Assembly: GCA_016840095.1 (NCBI GenBank)
Contig: JAEOSZ010000031.1
Span: 1-64,000 of the forward strand
Direction: 5' to 3'
Source: Candidatus Heimdallarchaeota archaeon
GTDB taxonomy: Archaea > Asgardarchaeota > Heimdallarchaeia > Heimdallarchaeales > Heimdallarchaeaceae
Length of the DNA: 64,000 nucleotides
The translations under genes were made by a program, and so were the position numbers. The notes beneath the pieces are model-generated. The model was given only the letters and a program-made list of their open reading frames with translations. It made no database searches and had not been told where the DNA came from. Below are positions 29,212 to 41,100 of this stretch, piece by piece (within the stretch, counting starts at the first letter, position 1; each line of letters opens with the position of its first letter).

Positions 29212-30450
29212 TCATTTTTGAAAAAATATCTGAGAATTGTCTCCTTTTTTACGTAAATAGCTACTCTTTCCTGTTTGAAGAATTTCGATGATATGTCGAA
29301 AAACATGTTTTTCAAAAGGTAAAGATAGGATTTCATCCATAGACATAGAAGAAAGATCTCTTTGGTAGTTTTCCAATTCAATAGCAGTTTCTCGAAGTTC
29401 GTAAGCCTTCTTCCATGATTCTTCGTAGATTTCTCCCATAAGAAATGCAATCCTGGAGAGAATTGTAGAAATCTCAAGGTTTGATCTGATCGTTCCTTCT
29501 GGAATATATCTTGGTTCATAAAAGGATAATCCAAACTCTTTGCACATATGAAATCCTTTCTTAATAGGATTTTGTAGGTTATATTTTTCCCAAGCTTTGA
29601 TGTCTGGTTGTCCATATTCAGAATCATTTGAATAAAGCTCATGAAACTGATCATAATATTCAGGATAGAAATGATTAATTGTATTCATGAAATCTTCTTT
29701 ATTTCTACCAGGTTTGAGAGTTAATCCTCCAGTAATTACAAATTCGGCTTTAGCTTGTTTCAATCTGATGAAAAGTTTGTTAAGATTCTTATCAGTATCC
29801 CCAATCCAAGGAATAACTGGAGTTATATACACTCCCGCAGGAATTCCTTCTTCACGTAATTGGTTCAACGCTTCAAATCGTTCATCCGTTGAACTTGCTT
29901 TTGGCTCAAATATAAGCTGATCTTTCGGATTTGCAAGAGTTATTGTAAAAGCAACCCTAGCAAATGAATCTTGGTTGATCTTCTTAATCAGATCCAAATC
30001 TCGCATAACTAGTACATTTTTTGTGAGAATTCTTACAGGGAAACCATAATCATATGCAATCTGAAGTATTTGTCTTGTTATGTGTAATTCATCTTCTGCA
30101 GGTTGATATACATCGCATATGTTTCCAAAAATACTTATGATGAATTTAGGCTTAATGCTTCTCACAAAATCTCTTCTAGAACCCTTTACAAAGTCAATTA
30201 GAGTATTTGTTGTTTCTCTGTTAATAGGGAAGAATCCTTGATCAACCAAATATTTCTCAAGTAATGCAGGAGCATTAATTTTTGCTCTTATTGTTTCAGT
30301 ATAATCATCATGCATGAAGTATTCTTCAGATTTTCCATCACAATATGAACAATTATGATAACACCCTTGGTATATATTCAGATGAATATGATGAGGACTT
30401 CTCTTAGAAGTTCTTACCAGTGATTTAGCTTCATATTTCTCTATTATCAT
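29212..30450 (-). CDS. radical SAM protein, spore-photoproduct-lyase-like (COG1533/Rv2578c type)
   Basis: YQGCYHNCSYC, DVYQPAE, ILTK, RDLD, FEP, PVIP; ATG 30450 preferred. Confidence 0.85.
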   Translation of the reverse strand: MIIEKYEAKSLVRTSKRSPHHIHLNIYQGCYHNCSYCDGKSEEYFMHDDYTETIRAKINAPALLEKYLVDQGFFPINRETTNTLIDFVKGSRRDFVRSIKPKFIISIFGNICDVYQPAEDELHITRQILQIAYDYGFPVRILTKNVLVMRDLDLIKKINQDSFARVAFTITLANPKDQLIFEPKASSTDERFEALNQLREEGIPAGVYITPVIPWIGDTDKNLNKLFIRLKQAKAEFVITGGLTLKPGRNKEDFMNTINHFYPEYYDQFHELYSNDSEYGQPDIKAWEKYNLQNPIKKGFHMCKEFGLSFYEPRYIPEGTIRSNLEISTILSRIAFLMGEIYEESWKKAYELRETAIELENYQRDLSSMSMDEILSLPFEKHVFRHIIEILQTGKSSYLRKKGDNSQIFFQK

Positions 30451-30530
30451 ATTCATTAACCAAGGAATTTCTGAGAAAATGGTTATTTTTGAATATTTAA
30501 GGAAGAAAAAGTGAAACAAAGGAAATGGAT

Positions 30531-30842
30531 TTAGCTGTGCTTAAATTCTACTCCAAATCCACCTTTGGGATATTTCCAATCAACACTATCATGAGGACAT
30601 ACAATGCGACATGTTCCACATTCAAGGCAGGCTACATAATCAAAAACTACTGGCCCCTCTGCGTCTTCTCCTTCTGTAAATTTATAACAATTTGCAGGAC
30701 AAGCATATACACAATCATGTGTTGAACACTTTGCTTTACATATCTCTGGATTGATTGAGATATGAGCATAATTATGATCAGTTGTGAATTTAGTTAGATC
30801 TAGTTTTTCTTCTAGTGTTTTAGTTTTGTTTGCTTTGCTCAT
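30531..30842 (-). CDS. fixX: FixX-type ferredoxin
   Basis: CPANCY, CLECGTCRIVC, WKYPKGGFGV. Confidence 0.92.
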   Translation of the reverse strand: MSKANKTKTLEEKLDLTKFTTDHNYAHISINPEICKAKCSTHDCVYACPANCYKFTEGEDAEGPVVFDYVACLECGTCRIVCPHDSVDWKYPKGGFGVEFKHS

Positions 30843-32134
30843 AATGATCTCACTGCTCCTATTAGAAGTTTGAATAATCCAAACAGCTTACCTTTTTTCA
30901 AAACATACCAAATTAGTGACTTTACAATCCTCTTTCTTGGATGACCGTTATTCCTTAGAAGTTGTTCAAATACTCCAGTTAAAAGATCAGGAACATAGGT
31001 AAACATCATCTTATTTTCAAGAAAATGAGAAGCTCTTTTGAATGTTTTAAGATCCTTATATACGAAACTGTTTTTGAGTTTCTTCTTGTAAACTTTTGTT
31101 TGCTTCTTTGTATAATTTTCAGATTGTAGAATTTCTAAAGCTGCTTCACCTGCAATCTTACCAGATGCCAAAGCAAAGTTGATTCCTTCTATATACAGAC
31201 CAGCGTTTAGAACCATACCAGCCGCGTCTCCTGCAACTAGTACTCCATTTCCATATAATTTAGGCATGTGTTTAAAACCACCTTCAGGAATAGTGTGTGC
31301 TGAATATTCTATCAACTCGGCATCCTTGAGAAGCTTTCTTATGTAGGAATGATTTTTGAATTCCTCAAAAACTTCAGGTGCTTTTAATTTCTTCTTTGTT
31401 AAGACATCCATATTTAGAATTAATCCGAAGGAAATTGTATCTTTGTTAGTGTAATAAAAACCTCCACCAGGAATACCTCTTGAATATCCGAGGATTTCAT
31501 TGCTTATACCTTCGTTTTCTTCTAAGTGGAATCTTTCTTCTATTTGTTTCTTTGATAGTTTGTAACTTTCTTTCATTCCGAGTGCATGGTGACGAGGTTT
31601 GGGTTTTTTAGCAAGTTTAGCTTTTTCAACTAGCATATTATTAGATCCTTCTGCTAGAATTGTCAATTTAGCTTTAAGAACTTCATCTCCAGATTTTACA
31701 CCTATAATTTGTTTATCATTCCATACTAAATCCTCTACCATTGTATCTGGTAAAATCATAGCCCCTGCTTCTTCCGCTTTTTCAGCTAACCATCTATCAA
31801 ATTTTGGTCGTACAACTGTTACTCCATTATAGGGAACTTGATTGAAACTACGTAAATCTGCATCAATTGTGACACTTCTTGATTCAGAAAGTAATGTAAT
31901 CTTCTTGGTTGTAAGAAATCTTTCAAATGAATTTTCATCTTCCCAGTAATTAGGAATTAGTTCGTTCAATATTGGACCATATAATGCTGCTCCACTAACG
32001 TTTTTTGCACCAGAATACTGTCCTCTTTCCAAAACAACTGTTTCGATCCCAGCTCGAGCAAGAGTTAAAGCAGCTGCAACACCAGCTGGTCCAGCTCCAA
32101 CAATAACTACGTCGAAATCATATTCTTCTGACAT
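30839..32134 (-). CDS. fixC: FixC-type ETF:quinone oxidoreductase flavoprotein
   Basis: GAGPAG, ERG..GAKNVSG, RPKFDRWLA, YSAHTIPEGG, GDAAG. Confidence 0.92.
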   Translation of the reverse strand: MSEEYDFDVVIVGAGPAGVAAALTLARAGIETVVLERGQYSGAKNVSGAALYGPILNELIPNYWEDENSFERFLTTKKITLLSESRSVTIDADLRSFNQVPYNGVTVVRPKFDRWLAEKAEEAGAMILPDTMVEDLVWNDKQIIGVKSGDEVLKAKLTILAEGSNNMLVEKAKLAKKPKPRHHALGMKESYKLSKKQIEERFHLEENEGISNEILGYSRGIPGGGFYYTNKDTISFGLILNMDVLTKKKLKAPEVFEEFKNHSYIRKLLKDAELIEYSAHTIPEGGFKHMPKLYGNGVLVAGDAAGMVLNAGLYIEGINFALASGKIAGEAALEILQSENYTKKQTKVYKKKLKNSFVYKDLKTFKRASHFLENKMMFTYVPDLLTGVFEQLLRNNGHPRKRIVKSLIWYVLKKGKLFGLFKLLIGAVRSL

Positions 32135-32184
32135 TATGGTTTGATTTCAAAATATTTCTTTATAAACTATGCTAATTGTCAAAC

Positions 32185-32883
32185 TTATTCAGAAGAGTTC
32201 AAACCATATCCCCAATTGCCATTCTCATCATAGTTAAAAGATTTAAACATTCCACAAGCTGTCCAAATATCATCAAACCATGATTGAAGTAATCCAGAAG
32301 TGTTCTCCAATTCAGCATAATCTTCTATATAGATTTCTTCTAATTTGATGATATCCTCGACTATAGGTATTGGAGTAGCCCCTAAGATTTCTTTATTTAA
32401 TTTCATGAGATATCCTTCAACACCAACTAAGGAAAGATACATACTGAAGGGTGGTTTAACATTGATTCTCTTAAAAACCTCGATATATCCTGGAATTGCT
32501 AAAATAATCTCTTTTTCGAAATCAATGCTCGGAATTTCTTTTTTATCAACTAGTGGTTTAAGAAGACTTGCTTCCACAGCTTCAATTATACCTCTACGAT
32601 AGAGATGTGCATAAGATCTTGCTCCCCCTGAAAGGTCAGTTGTATATGTAAGAAAACCATCAAAAGTATGACTAAGCTCCATCCCCATGTATTTAATTGG
32701 CTTTAGATACTTAGGGTTGCGAGAGATAATTTCAATGTTATAATTTTTATCAATTGTAGAAGATTCTTCAGCTATCAAGTGTAAAACTATCTTAGCTGTC
32801 TCCAGTATTTTGATTGGTGCTCTGTTGTTTTTCAGCTCTGTGATTCGTTCATTCCTGAATATGCCTTTCACAGAAATAACCAA
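32185..32883 (-). CDS. hypothetical protein resembling the C-terminal domain of AlbA/Schlafen-fused proteins
   Basis: AKIVLHLI, FDGFLTY, YAHLYRRGIIEAV, FDDIWTACG..S.NYDENG.W; recognised from memory only. Confidence 0.5.
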   Translation of the reverse strand: MVISVKGIFRNERITELKNNRAPIKILETAKIVLHLIAEESSTIDKNYNIEIISRNPKYLKPIKYMGMELSHTFDGFLTYTTDLSGGARSYAHLYRRGIIEAVEASLLKPLVDKKEIPSIDFEKEIILAIPGYIEVFKRINVKPPFSMYLSLVGVEGYLMKLNKEILGATPIPIVEDIIKLEEIYIEDYAELENTSGLLQSWFDDIWTACGMFKSFNYDENGNWGYGLNSSE

Positions 32884-32923
32884 TGTATCTGTTTATTTAA
32901 ATTTATTTAAAAAAGAAGAAAAA

Positions 32924-33892
32924 TTATCCTTGAAGCTTTTGCTTCAGGATAGGAAGAATTGCGTGTAAATCTCCAACTATACCATAATCTGCATAATTGA
33001 AAATGGCTGCTCCTTCGTCTTTATTAATTGCAATCAATGTTTTGGCTTTGACACCACTAAGATGTTGAGGAGCTCCACTGATACCAGCTGCAATATAGAG
33101 ATCTGGTGAAACAGATTGTCCAGTTTGACCGATTTCATAGGTCTCTTCAATCCAATTTACATCAGTACAAGCTCTAGTTGCACCAATTTCACCACCTAAC
33201 AATTTTGCAAGGTCACGGATAATCTGGAATTGTTCTTTTCCACCTACACCACGTCCTCCAGCAACTATTACTTTGGCATCTTTTAGGTTAACAGTTCTCT
33301 CAGCTTTCTTGATTTCAATGTGTTTTACCAGTTTATCTTCTTCACTGAATGAGATATCAACAGTCTCAATATCTGGCAAACTACCTGATGGATTTTCATT
33401 TACAAAGAATGCACCCGACCGAGAAGTAGAGAATTTAATTGCACCCTCAATCTTGTAAACTTTCATTGCTTGATCATCTCTTACTGGAGTGTGGAAATGG
33501 AATTCATCACCTTCAATGGTCAAGTCTGTTATACGTTGAGCACAAGAAACTCCATGATGAACGGCTAATCTTGGGATTAAGTCCTCACCATAAACTGTGC
33601 CAGCTGCCATAACTAAACTTGGTTCAGATATTTCTATAACTTCTAGAATTGATTTAACATATGGTCTACTAAGATAGACTTCTAATTCAGGAGCTTTGAC
33701 TGTATAGACTTTGTTGACGCCATGCTTTCCAAGTTCTTCAATTAGTTCATTGCTAACATCAGCACCTAAAAGCGCACTTTCTATTTCAGTTATTCCAGTC
33801 ACACTTGTTAGTTTGTTGATAACCCCTAGAGTATTTTCCTCTATGTTACCTTCTCTAATCTGTCCAAAAACTAATACTTTCATCATAATCAC
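32924..33892 (-). CDS. etfA: electron transfer flavoprotein alpha subunit
   Basis: VAGGRG, IGATR, IGQTG, GISGAPQH, AINKD. Confidence 0.93.
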   Translation of the reverse strand: MIMMKVLVFGQIREGNIEENTLGVINKLTSVTGITEIESALLGADVSNELIEELGKHGVNKVYTVKAPELEVYLSRPYVKSILEVIEISEPSLVMAAGTVYGEDLIPRLAVHHGVSCAQRITDLTIEGDEFHFHTPVRDDQAMKVYKIEGAIKFSTSRSGAFFVNENPSGSLPDIETVDISFSEEDKLVKHIEIKKAERTVNLKDAKVIVAGGRGVGGKEQFQIIRDLAKLLGGEIGATRACTDVNWIEETYEIGQTGQSVSPDLYIAAGISGAPQHLSGVKAKTLIAINKDEGAAIFNYADYGIVGDLHAILPILKQKLQG

Positions 33893-34746
33893 GCTCCTAG
33901 TTTCACCTCATCTTCCTTCAGCTTTGCAAGAAGATTGTCTACTTTTTCTTCAGGTTCTCCTTCAGTAATCATGTAGCTCTCTTTATCTAGCACAATGTTT
34001 GAGAAAGACACTTCTATCAACGAAGCGGCTTCCTTTCCAACAACATTTGAGCTAAGTCCTAATTCAGATGCTGTCCATACAGGTACAACAGCTCGCTTTG
34101 CAGTAAGGATTCCTTTCATCGAAGTATATCTTGGAGTAAAATATTGGCTGTCACTGCAACTAATAACTCCTTTCTTAGGAATTGTTACAACCTGTCTTCC
34201 ACCTTCCAAAACATGTTCAATTTTGTAACCTGTTTCAATTACCTCAAGCTCTTCTGCATAAAGAACACTTGGTAATCCAAGTTTTTCAGCTAACATTGCT
34301 CCAATAGCATAGGAACCTGTAGCTTGATCTTCAACTCCCAATAAAACTAAATCAAACTCTCCAATTTTTTCTAGAATTCCAACGTAAACTTTAGCTAAGA
34401 GAAGAGGATCATCAGTGTGAATGGTTTCATCAGCTATTTCAATAGCATCAGTACAACCCATAGCAATCGCTTCTTTCAAAGCTTTGTTAGGTTTCAAACC
34501 TTTAGCGCACACAGCTGTAACTCTTGCTCGATGTTCATCTGTCATTTCGTCACCAAGTTCAGCTTTCATTTTTTCATCAAAGTCATCTTTTAATTTAAGA
34601 GCTCCTTCAAGAGCATTCTTACTTGTAGGATTTATGACAAAATCATCTTCACTAACTTCTGAAGAATCGAAATAATCGACTCCTTGAAGCTTAACCTGTG
34701 TGCTTACTATTTGCTCTATAAACACTATAATCTTCATATTGCTCAA
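33889..34746 (-). CDS. etfB: electron transfer flavoprotein beta subunit
   Basis: INP..NALE.AL, AIAMG, DLVLLG, PRYTSMKGI; overlaps etfA by 4 nt. Confidence 0.9.
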   Translation of the reverse strand: MSNMKIIVFIEQIVSTQVKLQGVDYFDSSEVSEDDFVINPTSKNALEGALKLKDDFDEKMKAELGDEMTDEHRARVTAVCAKGLKPNKALKEAIAMGCTDAIEIADETIHTDDPLLLAKVYVGILEKIGEFDLVLLGVEDQATGSYAIGAMLAEKLGLPSVLYAEELEVIETGYKIEHVLEGGRQVVTIPKKGVISCSDSQYFTPRYTSMKGILTAKRAVVPVWTASELGLSSNVVGKEAASLIEVSFSNIVLDKESYMITEGEPEEKVDNLLAKLKEDEVKLGA

Positions 34747-34871
34747 CGATTCTGAAAAAGTGGTGTTAAATAAAGCTTACTACCTATCAAATATTTGGTA
34801 TGAAACTAAAAGTACTGATTTCAGAGAGAAAATCTTAAGATAATGTAAAGTATCAAAGAATTTGAAATAAT

Positions 34872-35930
34872 ATGACTATAGATAAACAGAAAGTCATCGA
34901 TACACAAATTGAGTTAAGTAATCTGATAGGATGCCCAGGACATGAGGATGAAGTTACAGAATACATCCTCATGAAATTAGAAAAACTTGCAGTAGATAAA
35001 GCGTGGATTGATCCTCTTGGTAATGTTCTAGCAATCAAAAAAGGTTCTGATCCTAACGGACTTAGAATTATGCTTGATGCTCATGTTGATGAAGTTGGAT
35101 TCATGATCTCTCATATAAGTGATGATGGTTTCCTCACTATTGAGACACTTGGAGGGATTGATAAAAGACTGATGCTGGGAGCTCTTCTTCAATTTCAAAC
35201 AGAAGAAGGTAAACGAATACTTGGTGTTGTAGGTGCGTCACCTCCTCACATAACTAAACCAGAAGAAAGAGAAAAGGTTCCAGCTATAAACGAGATGTTT
35301 GTTGATATTGGTTGTGCTTCATATCAAGAAGTTAGGTCGCTGAACTTAGATATTGGTTCTGTAGGAACTTTTTATACAGAGTGTAAACAGCTAAATGAAA
35401 ATGTTCTACTCGGAAAAGCCTTTGATGATCGAACAGCGTGCAATGTTTTGCTACATGTTCTAGATCAGCTGAAGGAAGTAGAAATTCCAAATACTTTGTT
35501 AATTAATTTTGCAGTTCAGGAAGAAGTTGGGGGCAGAGGAGCTACTGTTGCGGGTTTTACACTGGAACCGAGTATTGCATTAGCTTTAGAAAACACAATA
35601 GCTAGTGACGTTCCTGGTGTTTCTTCTTCAAAGATGATAACAAAGCTAGGAAATGGTCCTGCAGTAACAGCTGCAGATAGATCTCTGATAGTTCCAAAAA
35701 AGATTCTTGATAGAATCAAGAAAGCTGCACATCTAGAAGCAATTTCTTGGCAATACAAGAAACCTACTTATGGAGGAACTGATGCAGGATATATCTCAAA
35801 AACAAGGTCAGGTGTTCCTTCTGGTGTAATCTCAGTTCCTTGCAGATACATTCATGCAAATGCAGGATTACTTCATGTAGATGATATCATAGAAACAATA
35901 AAACTTGTAGTTAATTTCTGCAAGATTTAA
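34872..35930 (+). CDS. M42 (TET) aminopeptidase
   Basis: AHVDEVG, KAFDDR, QEEVG, GGTDA, RYIH. Confidence 0.93.
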   Translation: MTIDKQKVIDTQIELSNLIGCPGHEDEVTEYILMKLEKLAVDKAWIDPLGNVLAIKKGSDPNGLRIMLDAHVDEVGFMISHISDDGFLTIETLGGIDKRLMLGALLQFQTEEGKRILGVVGASPPHITKPEEREKVPAINEMFVDIGCASYQEVRSLNLDIGSVGTFYTECKQLNENVLLGKAFDDRTACNVLLHVLDQLKEVEIPNTLLINFAVQEEVGGRGATVAGFTLEPSIALALENTIASDVPGVSSSKMITKLGNGPAVTAADRSLIVPKKILDRIKKAAHLEAISWQYKKPTYGGTDAGYISKTRSGVPSGVISVPCRYIHANAGLLHVDDIIETIKLVVNFCKI

Positions 35931-37450
35931 TCCTTTTTCTTTTGGAACGGATCTGGTCCTCTGAACCAAGAGAAGACTGTAGAACCAATCATAAAAATTG
36001 CAAATACAGCAAAAAGAACTTTCATTGCAGGTACATAGTTAGTTGCATCAGTTAAAAGCCCACCATTTCTTTTTTGGAAGAAATTCTGACTATAAATAAA
36101 GACAGCTGTTGCTAAAGCAGTTCCTATACTAAAACCAACATTAGTGGAAAGACTGATCATACTGTTTGCAACACCCAATTTATCTTCAGGGGCAGCAGAC
36201 ATAACTGATGTATTATTAGGGGCAATGAATGAACCGAGTGCTATACCTATAATAACTGCAATAATTGCAAGTACCCAGTTTTTAACAACATCTGTTGTGA
36301 AAACAGCACCAAATATTAAAGAAAGCGCCATTACACCAATTCCAAAAGTTGTGATGTACTTAGCATCGTATCGATCTGCTAAATATCCAGAAATAACAGC
36401 TGTTGCAGCCATTGCAATTGGAGTTCCTAGTATTATTAATCCCGTTTCAAGTTGAGTTAGTCCCAATATAATTTGGACAAAAAGAGGTAATTGATAAACG
36501 ATAACACACAACCCAATATAAGCTAATACACTTGAAAACACACCAACCATAAATCTTCGATTTTTGAACATTTTCAAATCAACTATAGGATGTTCCGTTT
36601 TCTTTTCCCACCAAATGAATCCTATTAAACATAAAATGCTTACTCCGAAGAATACGCCAGCTAATATCTTTGTAATGCCATTTCCAAAGATAGGTTCATC
36701 TTCAAAAATACTTGCAAAAACACTGAAGCAAAATACAAGCAAAAACAAGAATCCAGCTAGTAATACGGAACCAAGAATGTCAGCTTTTCTTCGTTGGTTG
36801 CTAATTGGAGGTGTTGCAGGTATAATGAATTGAACCCAAAATAATCCTGCTATTCCAACTGGAACATTTATCATAAATATCCAGCCCCACCTCAAGTATT
36901 GGGTTATAACACCACCTAATATTGGTCCTAGGGATACAGCAACAGCTATAATTAAGGAGTTTAAACCAATCGCAAATCCTCTTCTCTTTTGAGTAGTGAA
37001 GCGCGTTATAATTGCCATTCCATTTGCTACTAAACCTGTAGCTCCTATTCCTTGTAAAATTCTGAAAAGAATTAATGCAAGCAATGATTGCGCAAAGAAA
37101 CAGAGACCTGAAGCTAGTGTAAAAATCCCCATCCCTATCTGGAAAATTAACTTGTTAGAAATTCTATCACCTAAATCTCCGGCAATTGTCGTGAATGCAA
37201 TCATTGTTAAAAGATAACTTAAGATTACCCATTGAATTTGATTCTGTGTAGCACCAAGATCATCTTGAATAGTTTTTAATCCCAGATTGACTATTGTACC
37301 ATCTAAAGAGGCTAGAAATGCTCCTAAACCAGTAGCTGAAACCAATACCCAGATCTTAATTGGTGGCTTAGACGTTTCATTATTCTCTGTAGATATAATA
37401 TTCATCTGAATAAGGGGAATTCTTTTTACTTGAATAAAAAACTTGTGCAA
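35927..37450 (-). CDS. MFS transporter, DHA2 (14-TM) family
   Basis: LDGTIVN, GDLGDR, RILQGIG, GPILGG, WxWIFxINVP; start may be ATG 37405. Confidence 0.92.
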   Translation of the reverse strand: MHKFFIQVKRIPLIQMNIISTENNETSKPPIKIWVLVSATGLGAFLASLDGTIVNLGLKTIQDDLGATQNQIQWVILSYLLTMIAFTTIAGDLGDRISNKLIFQIGMGIFTLASGLCFFAQSLLALILFRILQGIGATGLVANGMAIITRFTTQKRRGFAIGLNSLIIAVAVSLGPILGGVITQYLRWGWIFMINVPVGIAGLFWVQFIIPATPPISNQRRKADILGSVLLAGFLFLLVFCFSVFASIFEDEPIFGNGITKILAGVFFGVSILCLIGFIWWEKKTEHPIVDLKMFKNRRFMVGVFSSVLAYIGLCVIVYQLPLFVQIILGLTQLETGLIILGTPIAMAATAVISGYLADRYDAKYITTFGIGVMALSLIFGAVFTTDVVKNWVLAIIAVIIGIALGSFIAPNNTSVMSAAPEDKLGVANSMISLSTNVGFSIGTALATAVFIYSQNFFQKRNGGLLTDATNYVPAMKVLFAVFAIFMIGSTVFSWFRGPDPFQKKKD

Positions 37451-37467
37451 TAGGTATCGAAAACTAA

Positions 37468-38040
37468 CTATTTCTCATATAATTCTTTGAATTCACTAGC
37501 CAAAATATCCATTACATAGATATCATGGAATTGACCTTGAAGAAAATAAGCCTCTCTTTTCTGACCAATTTTCTTGAAACCAACCTTTTCATAAACATGA
37601 ATAGCTCTCTTGTTGTAAGCAAACACCCATAATTCCATTCTATGCAAATTGAGTACTTGGAAACCAACCTTTAACAAACATATCGTTGCATCAGTTCCAT
37701 ACCCTTTGTTGTGATTTTCAGGATTGTGAATTGCCATTCCGATTTCGCAAGATTTGTGTGGTTGCCAGATACTATCAATACCACATGTTCCAAGAAACTC
37801 TTTGTTTTCCAGAGTTTCAATTGCGAAATTGTAACCTCTACCAGCTTTGGCTTGTTCATGAGATCTCTGGATGAAATCTTCTTCCATCATTGAGGACATA
37901 GGAATAACATTTGCTAAACCTATACGACTCTCGTAGGTGTTCCAATGTTTCATTATCTCATCTAGATCACTCTTTTCTAGAGCTCTCAATCGAACTTTTT
38001 CTCCTTCAAAAGGTGATTTTGATTGATAGATATCTGTCAT
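37468..38040 (-). CDS. GNAT acetyltransferase (RimJ/RimL-like)
   Basis: VRLRAL, NKGYGT, LHRMEL, NKRA..YEKVGF. Confidence 0.9.
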   Translation of the reverse strand: MTDIYQSKSPFEGEKVRLRALEKSDLDEIMKHWNTYESRIGLANVIPMSSMMEEDFIQRSHEQAKAGRGYNFAIETLENKEFLGTCGIDSIWQPHKSCEIGMAIHNPENHNKGYGTDATICLLKVGFQVLNLHRMELWVFAYNKRAIHVYEKVGFKKIGQKREAYFLQGQFHDIYVMDILASEFKELYEK

Positions 38041-38186
38041 AAATTTTTGTTACATGTGAGATTTTAAGAACATTTGGTTCTTTTATTTAAAGTAGAGGTC
38101 TATTTTCTTTTAGAAAATAACAATTTATATACTATATAGGGTATATGACGTCTAATTAAACATATAATGCAACACAAGGATGAATC

Positions 38187-41100
38187 ATGAACTACATTAA
38201 TAATCTACTACAAAAAACATTCAAAAGAAGGCTTGGAAAGAACATTGGTACTTTGATAGCAATTGCTCTAGGTGTTTCTTTAATGGTGGGAGTACAAATT
38301 ACAATTACAAGTTTTACATCAACAGCTATTGATTTCTTTACAGATGCAATTGGGGAAAATGACATCGTAATCAGTGGTTTGGGTTTACCAATTACTGGAT
38401 ATGAAACAATTCTCGATACAATAGAATCTTCTGATATTGAAATTGCTGCGATTAACGCGAGAATATCGCAAACAGTAGCTGTTTATAATCTTGAATCAGG
38501 AGAATTAGAGAAAGATGTAACCTTCACGGGTGTAGATATACGGGAGGATCCAGTTTTTGGTCTATTCTATGATGAAAATGGAACAAAGATGAGGAGATTA
38601 GACTTAATAAATTACTTTGAAAATGAATCACATGTTCTAATGGGTTCAGAACTAAGAAAAGAGCTGAATGTTACCGTTGGTTCTGATATCAAAATAAGAA
38701 TTGGAGAGTTTAATCCTCTAGAACTTAAATTTGATTATATAACATATGACCTAAAAGTCGTTGCTTTCCTCAATGATGAAGGTAAAGGGAAAGAATTTGG
38801 CGGTTGGACAATGTGGACAGATATTGATAACCTCCGTTCAATTGCAGGATTTGCTCCAGATCAAGTTACAGATATAAACATTGCACTCAGTGCTAATCAT
38901 GATGAAGATCCTGTAGATAATGATTATGCCACACAAGTTGAAGAACAATTGAAAGTGCTTCTAAATGCTGAAGCAAATGGGTTGATAATTCTAGCTTTTC
39001 GAGCTTTACTTCTAGAGACAGCTGATGAGGTGTTAGCTGATGTTCTTCTTGCATTCAATCTTTTTGGTGCACTAATTATTTTTTCAGGTATCTTACTACT
39101 AGTAAATATTCAGCTTATACAAGTTGAAGACAGAATTCAACAGTTAGGAATATTAAGAGCAGTTGGAGCTAGAAGAAGAGAAATTGTCAGATTGTTCATG
39201 GTTGAATCAGTAATTTTAGGATTTATAGGTTCATTTCTTGGGGTTGCTGGAGGATATGGGATGTCTGTATTTCTAGTAGATAGAATAGGAAAAACATTCT
39301 TTGATACATCATTAGGATTAACACCTACAGTAACTGGAGGAGCTATAGGATATTCAATTGCTCTAGGTTTGATATTGTCAGTAGGAGCGGGAGTATTTCC
39401 TGCAATAAGAGCTGCAAGAATTGATGTAATTGAAGTTATTAGAGGAATTAAGAAGGTAGGAAGAAAAAGGACTGGTAAGGTAACTTTGGGTCTAGGTTTA
39501 GCCTTCCTATTAGGTGGAATAGGAATCTTAGCAGCTCAATATGTTATGTTTGATTCATTTTTCACAAAGGCAGGTTGGGATCAATCTTTAGAACAATGGA
39601 TGTTTATGGGAGCAGCTGCAGCGATTCTAATAGGGATTAGCTTATTACTTGGTTATCTATTCTCAAAAAAATTTGTAGGGAATGGTATAGGTCTTACTTT
39701 TATAGGAATTGCAATAGCCATGTTAATTTTCAGTGTTCCTCAACTTAAAGAAGTTCGACAAAATATGCAAATTCTTGTTACACTTGCTGTAGTATTGGCA
39801 CTAGGTTCAATAATTTGGGTAGGAGTGAACTTGAAATCAGTAACCAATTTCATAAGAACAGTCCTATACAGAACTAGATTGAAGAAAGGTGTTTCTTTAG
39901 TTTCAAGCAAATATATGACTTCTAAAACCATGAGAAGTTCTTTGACATTTGGAATTTTTGCACTTGTTTTGACTATGAATATTTTCGCTGCTGTCTATCA
40001 ATCAACTTATGCTTACAATACATTAGAATCAGTTGAATTCTTAAGCGGGGGTGCTCCAATATTTATTGAATTAGACACACCTATTGCAAATGAAACACTC
40101 GTCAATGTAGAACAAGATCTTTACAGTGTTGATTCTGCAATAACCAACGTTAAGGGGATCAATTCAACTATTGTAATTATACAAACGGATAAGGAAATAG
40201 ATCTTGAAATCCCCACGGATATTTTTCCCTCATATGTTCATTTGATTTACAATGACACATTCAAAGATGGGAATGACTATCAGTTCGATTTCATGCTAGA
40301 TGCATCCATTCCATTCTTTTTCGATGATTATAAACCAGGAGGGTCAGAAAATTATCAAAGAGAATATAGTCATAAAATCTGGGATTTCTATTATAACAGA
40401 ACAAGATTCAATAGAGAAGGTACAGGAATAAACAACACTCATGGATTACCTACAGTATTAACAACAAGTCCATTTCTATTACCAGGAGATATATTCAATA
40501 TTACTAGCTTTATTGGAACTCCAGAGGAGGTAATAGTCTTAGCTAATGTTAGACAGTACCCCTTCAGTCAAACAGGAATGTTACCGTCACTTCTAATTAC
40601 TCCTGATTTGTATCCTAAGCTTATTCCTAACTTTGCTCTCTATCCAAAGCACACTAGATATCTAGTCAGCACAAGTGAAGATTTCAAAGAAGGAAGAAAC
40701 ACAGAAATTGCTAGTGAAATTGAAGAATTCTTCAATGGAAATGATTCCCTACTTGTTCAAAGCGAGGATTTTGTAGCAGCATCAGCATTCAATGTTTGGG
40801 AAGTGATGATTGAGTTAGTAGATTTTCAAGTAAAAACATTTGATTTCCTTCAATATTTTGTAGGTTTCGGGTTGATAGTTGGAGCTTTAGGAATGATAAT
40901 TATTGCAGTGAGAAATGTTGCTGAAAGAAGAAGAGAAATAGGAATGATGCGAGCTATAGGTTTCACGAAAAGACAAATCCTAGGAACGATAATGATAGAA
41001 ATATTCATTCTTGCAATTTTAGGATTGGTTATGGGATTCCTTAATAGCTTGATGCTAGGATGGGCGTTTGCGAATATTTATGATTGGATATTAATTCTTC

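Noticed and set aside
29175-29654. 159-aa ORF overlapping the radical SAM gene on the same strand
   Set aside because: Alternate-frame shadow with no motifs; the host gene is uninterrupted
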